Virus record (IMG/VR): IMGVR_UViG_3300037657_000059 | Length of the DNA stretch: 64,000 bases | From: an uncultured virus (IMG/VR IMGVR_UViG_3300037657_000059) | Taxonomy: Duplodnaviria > Heunggongvirae > Uroviricota > Caudoviricetes | Strand: one strand, 5' to 3' | Part shown: positions 35,960 through 43,923 of the stretch, one piece after another | Position numbering within the stretch: the stretch's first letter is position 1 | How the letters are laid out: each line of letters begins with the position of its first letter | The notes under the pieces: model-generated | Databases searched by the model: none | The model's input: the letters and a program-made list of their open reading frames with translations, nothing else | Told to the model about the DNA's origin: nothing | Position numbers and translations under genes: made by a program

Positions 35960-36346
35960 TCAGGCAGCTTCCTTTTTAAATTTAGCTTTGCGAGTGGATA
36001 CAAAATTCACCATGTTCTGGTGCAAATCAATGTCGCAAGTATCACAAACCTTAAAATCTCCCCGGATCATCTCATTGCAACCGCATCCACACTGGCACTT
36101 GTGTTCCCCAACCGCGTAGATCTCTTTACCACCCATCCATTCCAACAGTGCGCGCATATAGTCTTCACACTTGCTTTTGGATCCTTCGCAGGTCGTGAAT
36201 GTATCCGCGTCTCCATCAGCCGGATATAACTTAACTTTACATTCATTATTGGAGCCATTGATCTTGGTCAAATCCATAATTTCAACACTTGCAATATGGT
36301 CCAGATTCACCAACACTCCATCTTCCAATTTCAACCAGCTCATCAT
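35960..36346 (-). CDS. Hypothetical protein with Cys motifs
   Basis: LVNLDHI; CQCGC..CDTC; GGAGG SD. Confidence 0.55.
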   Translation of the reverse strand: MMSWLKLEDGVLVNLDHIASVEIMDLTKINGSNNECKVKLYPADGDADTFTTCEGSKSKCEDYMRALLEWMGGKEIYAVGEHKCQCGCGCNEMIRGDFKVCDTCDIDLHQNMVNFVSTRKAKFKKEAA

Positions 36347-36632
36347 CTCCTCCATCTTCGCTTTCTGGCCAATCGTTTCTCTACCCAATCGCACAACGCG
36401 GCCAACACCGCAAAAGTGCCAAAAAATACAATAAACGAAACAATCACAAAAGTTACATCATCCATTATTTTTTCTCCCATCGCATCGCCAAAACCCGGTC
36501 AATCTCCTGCTGGATGTCTCGGCCCTCGATCTTGAGCTGATCCGTCATCATCCACCACTGCACCAACCGGTAAAAAACAAAAAGTCCTAAGATAATGAGA
36601 AAGCCGTAAATCAAAATCATTGGTTATATCCT

Positions 36633-36842
36633 TTAGCCTTTCGCCTTTCGCCTTTCAGCTATCGCCTTTTTTTCTTCCAACCTTGCCAACTTCGCCCGCT
36701 TTCGGCGCTCATGCCGATTTACCAAAATCACCACCGGCTCTTCCAAATCCTGTTTTTCATCCTGTTCAGCCTTTGCAATTACCTCAAATAATTCTTTATA
36801 GCCATCTTCATCAATCCGATAAATATTTCCTTTGTCATCCAT
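36633..36842 (-). CDS. Hypothetical protein
   Basis: NRHERRKRAK motif; SD. Confidence 0.5.
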   Translation of the reverse strand: MDDKGNIYRIDEDGYKELFEVIAKAEQDEKQDLEEPVVILVNRHERRKRAKLARLEEKKAIAERRKAKG

Positions 36843-36885
36843 ATTTTTTCCTTTCGCCTTTAGCCTTTCAACTGTCAACTGTCCC

Positions 36886-37101
36886 CTATTCCGGTCTCGT
36901 ACACGCACCCACATTTTCCAAATGCCTGGAGATCAAATTAAAAGCATCCAGCGCAATCGCAATCCGGCGGATCTGCTCCGTCTCCGTCATATCCTTCAAC
37001 AGCATCGGCCGGATCGCAAAATAACCGCGATTCGCCTCCTCAGCTGCCCGATCACGTGCTTCCCTGGCCACATTCGGCCATTCACGCGGTTTAGAGCTCA
37101 C
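36886..37101 (-). CDS. Hypothetical protein
   Basis: Coupled ORF in the early operon. Confidence 0.5.
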   Translation of the reverse strand: MSSKPREWPNVAREARDRAAEEANRGYFAIRPMLLKDMTETEQIRRIAIALDAFNLISRHLENVGACTRPE

Positions 37102-37426
37102 GATCCACCTTACTAATCAGGTCCAGCTGAGCCTGCTCTCGCCGGCGTGCATAACGGATAACCGACCCAAGGATCATCGGGATCCCGCTCGCAAAAAAAG
37201 CAACCAGCGCAATCAAAGCAGCCTGAATGCTCACAATCGCCACACCCAGCAGCGTAATCATCACACCACCGGCAACAATAAAGCCCATGTATCCTTCGGC
37301 AAACTTGCGCGCTTCCAGCCAGGCAACTACCTGGTTATAAATCGTCCCAAAAATAATAAGACCCAAAAACACAGCCAAAAGATGCCCGAAATCGAGCCTT
37401 ATTTCAAAAACCAGAACTTCCGCCAT
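37091..37426 (-). CDS. Early membrane protein (about three TM)
   Basis: Hydrophobic segments; FFASGIPM. Confidence 0.55.
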   Translation of the reverse strand: MAEVLVFEIRLDFGHLLAVFLGLIIFGTIYNQVVAWLEARKFAEGYMGFIVAGGVMITLLGVAIVSIQAALIALVAFFASGIPMILGSVIRYARRREQAQLDLISKVDREL

Positions 37427-37473
37427 ATCCTGAATATATGAAATCCCCAATTGATCCACCGTGTGATTCCTCC

Positions 37474-37671
37474 CTACTCAACGCCAGGGTAAGTTATCGA
37501 TACTGGCGATTTATTGATACTTGCTGCCAGTTGCCTTCGCTGCCACTCCAACCGGACCAACCGTCGCACAAAAGCGCTGCGATTGTCATAAGCATCTTCA
37601 ACCATCATCTGATCGATGATCTTTGCATCCTCTTCGCTCATGCTGATATTTACTTGAACAAGATCTGCCAT
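37474..37671 (-). CDS. Ribbon-helix-helix (CopG/Arc-like) regulator in the Cro position
   Basis: QVNISMS..IIDQM..NRSAFVR; divergent from the repressor. Confidence 0.75.
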   Translation of the reverse strand: MADLVQVNISMSEEDAKIIDQMMVEDAYDNRSAFVRRLVRLEWQRRQLAASINKSPVSITYPGVE

Positions 37672-37711
37672 TTACTTTTCTCCTACAAAGAATTTCTTAC
37701 AAGATATAAAT

Positions 37712-37729
37712 TGTTTCTTATAAGAAACA
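37712..37729. promoter_or_regulatory. Perfect 18-bp palindromic operator in the immunity switch
   Basis: TGTTTCTTA|TAAGAAACA; further AGAAACA half-sites nearby. Confidence 0.7.
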
Positions 37730-37804
37730 TTATAGACAATTATATAAAAATGTCAATAGCTAGAAACAAATTGGATTATTTAAAGAAACAGGATTAATGA
37801 GAAA

Positions 37805-38185
37805 ATGTTTCTAATGGAAAACAAATTTGGGTTGTGGTTGCAACAAATAAGAGAAACGAGAGGATTGACACAATCTGATCTCGCAAGAATGGCTCATTTA
37901 AATAGAGCTGTAATCAACAAAATTGAAAACAATGCCAGTTTTCCAACCCCAGATACGTTAAATTCAATAGCAGGTGCTTTGAACATTGCTCCGGAAACAA
38001 TTTTCCGGGCTGCTGGATTATTACCTTCCACACCAGCACATGATCAAAAAATTGAGGATATAAATCATCTGATGAGGGATCTTAATCCAGATGATCTCGA
38101 AGAAATAGAACAGATCATCAGATTGAAACTCAATCGAAAAGAAACATCAAAGAGGGGCCGCAGGAAAGCGGCTCACTCTCTTTAA
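37805..38185 (+). CDS. XRE-family prophage repressor (no S24 peptidase domain)
   Basis: GLTQSDLA..INKIEN..PTPDTL HTH. Confidence 0.88.
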   Translation: MFLMENKFGLWLQQIRETRGLTQSDLARMAHLNRAVINKIENNASFPTPDTLNSIAGALNIAPETIFRAAGLLPSTPAHDQKIEDINHLMRDLNPDDLEEIEQIIRLKLNRKETSKRGRRKAAHSL

Positions 38186-38190
38186 TAAGC

Positions 38191-38214
38191 ATTATAGAAC
38201 AGGAATTCTATAAT
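38191..38214. promoter_or_regulatory. Palindrome containing an SOS-box-like AGAAC-N4-ATTCT
   Basis: ATTATAGAA-CAGGAA-TTCTATAAT directly upstream of the exonuclease gene. Confidence 0.55.
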
Positions 38215-38219
38215 AGAAC

Positions 38220-39182
38220 ATGAGGGGACGCATGGAACCAATTGGTGAATTTCCATCACAAACTGAAACGCCTAAACGAAAATCGGCTAGAAAAAATAAT
38301 AAGCCATCTATAAATCAAAATAAATTTATTGCAATTGATTTTGAAACAGCAAATCATCGAAGAAATAGTATTTGCCAGATAGGAATGATTTGTTTTGAAA
38401 ATAATGAAGAAGGCTTTACACTAGATACCTTAATTGATCCAGAAGAGGAATTTCATGAGTTTATTATTAATATTCATAAAATTCAACCATCGATGGTAAT
38501 TGGAGCTCCTAAATTTTATGAAGTTTATGAAAATATTACAAATCAATGTGAAAACACAGTAATTGTTTCCTGGACTGATTTCGATAAACAATGTTTTGAA
38601 AAAGCAATGAAAAAATATAGTCTTCAAGCAAATAAAATTTACTGGTTAGATGCTACGTCAATTATCTGTAGCGTTTGGCCACAATATATCAATGGATACA
38701 AATTAAAAAATGTGGCAAAAGATTTTGGAATTTCATTTAAACACCATGTAGGAATTGAAGATGCAAAAGCATGTGGTCTATTAGTTCAAAAGGCATTGAT
38801 CGAATCCAATACAACCATTGATTATTGGTTTGATAAATATGGTGAAACCATTAATATTCGTCCACCTAAAGCGCCCATAAGAGAATTACAAAATCGAAAA
38901 GTTACCCCAATACCAGGTACCAATCTGCCAGTTGGACCAATCGGCGATATGATGCCAAAACCAGCTTTCAAAAATCCACTTGATATCAAAGAATGCGTTC
39001 AATGCAATGCAAAAATACACATTGATGCCATCACCTGCCCGAAATGTGGAAAGGATCTTAGCAAATCCGTTGCCATTGGAAATACGATTTTCAAAATCGG
39101 AATGATCCCAATCTACCTCATAATCCTGGCTGTTTCCGGCTGCTGTTTATGGTCCATCATTTCATCATGGATCGGATCATGA
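38220..39182 (+). CDS. DEDDh 3'-5' exonuclease (DnaQ-like) with zinc ribbon and C-terminal TM helix
   Basis: AIDFETAN, FD, HHVGIEDA; CVQC..CPKCG; hydrophobic C-terminus. Confidence 0.85.
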   Translation: MRGRMEPIGEFPSQTETPKRKSARKNNKPSINQNKFIAIDFETANHRRNSICQIGMICFENNEEGFTLDTLIDPEEEFHEFIINIHKIQPSMVIGAPKFYEVYENITNQCENTVIVSWTDFDKQCFEKAMKKYSLQANKIYWLDATSIICSVWPQYINGYKLKNVAKDFGISFKHHVGIEDAKACGLLVQKALIESNTTIDYWFDKYGETINIRPPKAPIRELQNRKVTPIPGTNLPVGPIGDMMPKPAFKNPLDIKECVQCNAKIHIDAITCPKCGKDLSKSVAIGNTIFKIGMIPIYLIILAVSGCCLWSIISSWIGS

Positions 39183-39327
39183 ATCTTTCGCCTTTCGCCT
39201 TTCGCCTTTCAACTAATTCCGCACCTTAAAAATCCAACCTCCGCACTCCCGGAACGATCTACCCCTTGCATCACGGACAGCCAAAACGCCACCAAATGAT
39301 GCAAACAGTAACAACCTTTGGCACCTT

Positions 39328-39372
39328 GGTTCGGGTCCGTGAGGTCGGCGGTTCAAATCCGCCCGCCCCGAC
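39328..39372 (+). repeat. att core at the P1/P2 junction, 45 bp
   Basis: Identical to 213-257 (tRNA 3' fragment). Confidence 0.95.
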
Positions 39373-39579
39373 AATCGCTACCGAAGGCATCACAGACAGG
39401 TATTTCCCCTCTCCGTGATGCCAAAGGTAACAACAATTACTAAAATTCACACCAGTACCTTCAACAAATTGCATCAAGGAACGTTTCCGGCGAGGTCATC
39501 AGTATCCCGCTTTTTTTATTATCAGATCATAGAACATATTATCAGAATATAAATTCTATTACGAAAGGACTCACGGTTA

Positions 39580-40509
39580 ATGAATACAAAAATCACCCTC
39601 TCTCAGGCAATTGCCGGCTATCTCATCAACCTCTCAGCCAGGCACCTCTCACAAAATACAGTAAATGACTATACGAACACACTCAATAAGCTCACAAAGC
39701 AGATCGGCAGTGACACACAGGTTTCCGATATCGGCATCGATCAGATCAATGCATTTCTGGCAGGCTTCACAGATCTATCCAACAAGACCCTCTCCAACTA
39801 CCACTCCACCCTTTCCACCTTTTTCGATTGGATGATAATCAACAAAATAATCACGGAGAATCCGGTCAATTTCGTACAGCGTGCCAAACCAGAAAGGCGC
39901 GTGATCGATCCCCTTCCGGAGCAGGAGATCAAATCGCTCCTGGATGCGGTCTACCATTCCAAATCCTACGCAAGACAGGGAAAAAAGACCTGCAAAAATT
40001 TACTTCACGACTCAGATCGCAACGTAGCAATCATTTTGTTTATCCTGGATAATGGTGTGCGCGTCTCGGAGCTTTGTGATTTACAAATCAAGGATCTTGA
40101 TCTCAAGCAGCTACGTGCTTTCATTCTGGGAAAGGGATCCAAAGAGCGCTTTGTCCCATTCAGTCCGCGCACCAGCCAGGCGATCTGGCGCTATCATTCC
40201 AGCCGCGGTGAGCTCTATCCGGATGATTTTGTTTTCGTCACGGACCATAACCGGCAGCTCAGGCGGGGTTACATTCTCAAGATGCTGACCAGGGCATCCC
40301 TGCGCGCCGGGATCTCGCACGTCCACCCACACAGACTCCGCCACACTTTCTCGGTCAATTATCTCAGAGCCGGCGGGGATATTTTCACCCTGCAGATGAT
40401 CCTCGGTCATGAGCATCTGGAGATGGTAAGGCATTACTCCAGGTTGGCGCAGTCGGATATTAAAAGAGCGCACAGGAGAGCAAGTCCTGTGGAGTTTTTG
40501 AGACTATAA
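39580..40509 (+). CDS. int: Tyrosine integrase (P2), close homologue of P1 int
   Basis: Same catalytic motifs; collinear with 464-1390. Confidence 0.95.
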   Translation: MNTKITLSQAIAGYLINLSARHLSQNTVNDYTNTLNKLTKQIGSDTQVSDIGIDQINAFLAGFTDLSNKTLSNYHSTLSTFFDWMIINKIITENPVNFVQRAKPERRVIDPLPEQEIKSLLDAVYHSKSYARQGKKTCKNLLHDSDRNVAIILFILDNGVRVSELCDLQIKDLDLKQLRAFILGKGSKERFVPFSPRTSQAIWRYHSSRGELYPDDFVFVTDHNRQLRRGYILKMLTRASLRAGISHVHPHRLRHTFSVNYLRAGGDIFTLQMILGHEHLEMVRHYSRLAQSDIKRAHRRASPVEFLRL

Positions 40510-40544
40510 TTGCAAGTAAATGTCTTTATTTATCTAGGGGAACT

Positions 40545-41405
40545 ATGAAACTGTTGAATCTTACTGAACCTATCACTGTTCGCTGGTCGTTTATATTTAC
40601 ATGTTCAGCTATTCTCTTGGTGCTGCTTATTTTTTCATTCCTTTTGCCTGTCAATGCCGACTTTCATCAGGCTTACCGTCCGGCTGCGCTTGAACTACTG
40701 GCAGGACGATCCCCATACACCGTAGATGCCTTTTTCAATCCACCTTGGGCGCTCATCCCAATGATACCATTATCACTTCTTTCAGAACGCTTCGGTAATG
40801 CGCTTCTGTTAACTGCTAATTTTATTATTTATGTCTTCATTGCCTTTCATCTCAAAGTAAAACCACTGACCTTTGTCCTTTTTCTCTCGCTTCCCTATGT
40901 CTGGTTTTCTGCAAACGTTGACGCCTGGGTAGCGCTCGGTTTTCTGCTTCCTCCACAAATCGGATTATTTCTGGTCCTTCTCAAGCCGCAAATTGGATTT
41001 CCTGTTGCATTCTTCTGGTTGATTCAGTCATGGAGCTCTGGTGGTCTGCGTGAGGTTGTGAGAGTATTCTCACCTGTTTCAGTTTCTTTTTTGGCCTCAT
41101 TAATTCTATTTGGTCCTTGGCTTTTGCGCGGTTCTGATCTTCTCAAGCGTGACTACAATATAGCCTTATTCCCCTACCTAGTTCCTCTCGGTCTTGTGAT
41201 GTTGTATTGGTCTACCCGTGGTCGAAACAAACGGCTCGCAGTGCTTTCTGCTCCGTTTCTCGCTCCTTATATAGGTTTCTATTCGCTTCCCGCCTTAATC
41301 CTGCATTTGCCTGATCGGGCGCTACTGCTCACTTGTGCAATCTTGTGGATATACGATTTATTCGTTGGTAAATTTTTTTGGTTCGCGTATTACAACTTTG
41401 GTTAG
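40545..41405 (+). CDS. Polytopic membrane protein, GT87/DUF2029-like GT-C glycosyltransferase
   Basis: D..Y..A..LLAGRSPY..FFNPPW, NVD, LKPQ motifs. Confidence 0.7.
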   Translation: MKLLNLTEPITVRWSFIFTCSAILLVLLIFSFLLPVNADFHQAYRPAALELLAGRSPYTVDAFFNPPWALIPMIPLSLLSERFGNALLLTANFIIYVFIAFHLKVKPLTFVLFLSLPYVWFSANVDAWVALGFLLPPQIGLFLVLLKPQIGFPVAFFWLIQSWSSGGLREVVRVFSPVSVSFLASLILFGPWLLRGSDLLKRDYNIALFPYLVPLGLVMLYWSTRGRNKRLAVLSAPFLAPYIGFYSLPALILHLPDRALLLTCAILWIYDLFVGKFFWFAYYNFG

Positions 41406-41454
41406 CCAGCTTATTTTGTGTGAGAAGGAAGATACGGGTGATGGGTTTCATAAT

Positions 41455-43923
41455 TTATGCTTGTTTCCAATGTAATAAGTGCATGCCAACCTCTCTGGAA
41501 TTATTTCCACCAATAAAAAAGCCAACCTCATCAGCTGTTAAATAATCTGTTCGCCCAACGGAATGAAAAGTTGCCCAATGTTGTCCATCGAAAGAGGATG
41601 AACATATTCTGTTTGTCCCATCATCAGCGATTCGAAGCCAAATTACAGGCCCTAAAGCTAACGGGTTTGCATTAACACTATGATAGTGAGCCACGCCTCC
41701 TCCTACGTTGTTATGTTTTGTTGAGCATAAACTTAAAGTTCCATTATATATATCTACTCTTAAAACGTGTGTTATTCCATCTGCACTCTGGCGAAAACAT
41801 AGTCCTACTTCACCATAATCACTTCCCCCAGGAGGGCCATATAGAAGAAAGGCAATACTTATCGTATATGGGGTTGCTGGAGCAGACTTCTTTAAATTAC
41901 TGTGCAATTCAGAACCTCCATTGGTAACTTTAAGAAATATACCTCCTTTTTCTTGTGTTGCAGTTGCTGTACCTTGATTAACCCACGCAAAATCTGTCAA
42001 AACTGGTGGTGTAAAAGGAAATATAGGCCCCCACGGTGACCACATAGCGCCATCATCCCTATCAATTGTCATTCCATCGGTAGGAAGATACAGTAAGCCA
42101 TCCATTCCTGCCGCTGGTCTGCTTGCAAATACACCTGATTCTGACCCACCTCCACCTCCACCACTTGGAAGATTAGCTATATCTACTGATTTTTTAGTGT
42201 ACCCGTCCTCACTATCTTCAATAATAATTAAATCACCAGCAACAGGTGCTTCTTTCTCTGTAATCGCCGAAATTTCATTAGCTTCATTATTATGAATAGC
42301 TGATCCGTCAGTTGCAGCACTCCCAAAATCAATCGTAATCTCCCCACCACCCTCATCGGTCAATGTACCATTTGTGATATTGATTACAGATACATTAGCA
42401 ACACTTGGAGTCGTGTCTATTTCCTGAACCGTCAAAGATGATCCGCTTGCAGGTGTTTCTGGTAACCAATCGCCAGATGCTTCATCATAGATTAGCACAT
42501 CACCATCAGTTAATCCTGTTAAGTCTACGTCTGTTAAGTCGGCAAGAGAAGAAGCTCCACCAGTATTATCTACCCAAGCAGGAACACCACTATCAACAAC
42601 CAAATGTTGTCCTTCTGTTCCGATTGGTAATGTTCTTGGTTCTACTGCTTCCAAATAATCACTGGTGACTGAAAATTCTCTTATATCAGAATATACAGCA
42701 CTTGCACAAACAGTTTGAACGGTCAGAACATACTTATAAGTTGTTGGACTGGTATCTTCATAACTGGTTGTATATTGTTTATTGTGTCCAGCAGAACTAT
42801 CATCTGTCATGCCCTGTGTATCATTCCAGATAATGTCACCAGAAATATCATCTCTACGTATTCTTAATGTAATATTCTTCGCACAACCAAGTTGATTTTG
42901 AGATACCCACACATTAACATCTATTGTGGGATTTCCCTGCCCCGTTGCTGGTATTTCCAAAGTGCAATCTAAAATTACCTGTTCAGCAGTCCATGAAACA
43001 GTGTTTACAGTAATTGTCTTGTTTCCTGTCCTGTCAACATTTTCTACAACATAATCCTCGTAGAATAGGGTGTTATAAACCAGTAAATCACCAACATTCT
43101 CAAAAGGTGAAATTATATATTGATCATGGGTGTGAGGATCGGGTGGAAAAGTATCTGGTAAATCTACAATATCTCCATAATCAGGGGCTCTCCACATCGG
43201 GAATCTTAAATCTACAATATCAACACCCTCTCTATTTACAATTATTTCTTCCTGCTCGTTATATCGTCTAACCCCAGCAAGTTTATATTTTATTGTGTCT
43301 GTTGGCAAAGGAATATCAGTAAGGGCTATTGTGCCTTTATCTACTTCGTTCCCCCCAATAAGCTCAATATCCCCATTATCATCAATTCCTACCAAAACAT
43401 ATAATTCTTTATTGGTAGAAGGTGCATAGGATTGCAGATTTATTATCTGTGGAATAGGTTTGCCATAAGAATTAACATCGGCAATCAACTTATATCCGCC
43501 GGCAGTCCACACTATGCCTGGATAGACCATCACCTGAAAACCAGAATAAGGCATAACCATCAATGGTAAAAACTGTTGAAGATGTACTTTCAATACATCC
43601 GTTCCACCTGTTACACCAGCACCCATCCACTCATGTTGATTGGCATGTTTTCCTATCCCCTCAACGTATTCCTGATTTATTCTTTGTCCAAGAATAATAA
43701 AATCATTCGGAATATCTACGGAATAGCCAACCCAGACTTCAAGATTATTCACATAGGGAGTGCCTGAACAATAAGCGGTATTGACTGTATTACTGATCCT
43801 GACATAAACCTTCCCATTCCCAGCGTCCACCAGACCATAGCCATTACCCAATATTCCTGGATATTTACGCAACACATCTTGTTTATTATTGAATTTATTC
43901 TTAAAAGTTCTTCGTAGGTTCAT
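41455..43923 (-). CDS. Mosaic tail fibre/receptor-binding protein with lectin-like C-terminus
   Basis: DLTDVD repeat, Gly linker, C-terminal WLRI..SFDGQHW. Confidence 0.7.
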   Translation of the reverse strand: MNLRRTFKNKFNNKQDVLRKYPGILGNGYGLVDAGNGKVYVRISNTVNTAYCSGTPYVNNLEVWVGYSVDIPNDFIILGQRINQEYVEGIGKHANQHEWMGAGVTGGTDVLKVHLQQFLPLMVMPYSGFQVMVYPGIVWTAGGYKLIADVNSYGKPIPQIINLQSYAPSTNKELYVLVGIDDNGDIELIGGNEVDKGTIALTDIPLPTDTIKYKLAGVRRYNEQEEIIVNREGVDIVDLRFPMWRAPDYGDIVDLPDTFPPDPHTHDQYIISPFENVGDLLVYNTLFYEDYVVENVDRTGNKTITVNTVSWTAEQVILDCTLEIPATGQGNPTIDVNVWVSQNQLGCAKNITLRIRRDDISGDIIWNDTQGMTDDSSAGHNKQYTTSYEDTSPTTYKYVLTVQTVCASAVYSDIREFSVTSDYLEAVEPRTLPIGTEGQHLVVDSGVPAWVDNTGGASSLADLTDVDLTGLTDGDVLIYDEASGDWLPETPASGSSLTVQEIDTTPSVANVSVINITNGTLTDEGGGEITIDFGSAATDGSAIHNNEANEISAITEKEAPVAGDLIIIEDSEDGYTKKSVDIANLPSGGGGGGSESGVFASRPAAGMDGLLYLPTDGMTIDRDDGAMWSPWGPIFPFTPPVLTDFAWVNQGTATATQEKGGIFLKVTNGGSELHSNLKKSAPATPYTISIAFLLYGPPGGSDYGEVGLCFRQSADGITHVLRVDIYNGTLSLCSTKHNNVGGGVAHYHSVNANPLALGPVIWLRIADDGTNRICSSSFDGQHWATFHSVGRTDYLTADEVGFFIGGNNSREVGMHLLHWKQA

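Larger units (their letters stand above)
213..39372. mobile_element. Prophage 1 (apparently complete, siphovirus-like)
   Basis: Flanked by att repeats; integrase, tail, head, packaging, lysis, replication and immunity modules all present. Confidence 0.95.

Noticed and set aside
39328..39372. Second tRNA gene
   Set aside because: Only the 3' 45 bp are present; the acceptor 5' strand and D arm are missing. It is an att duplication.
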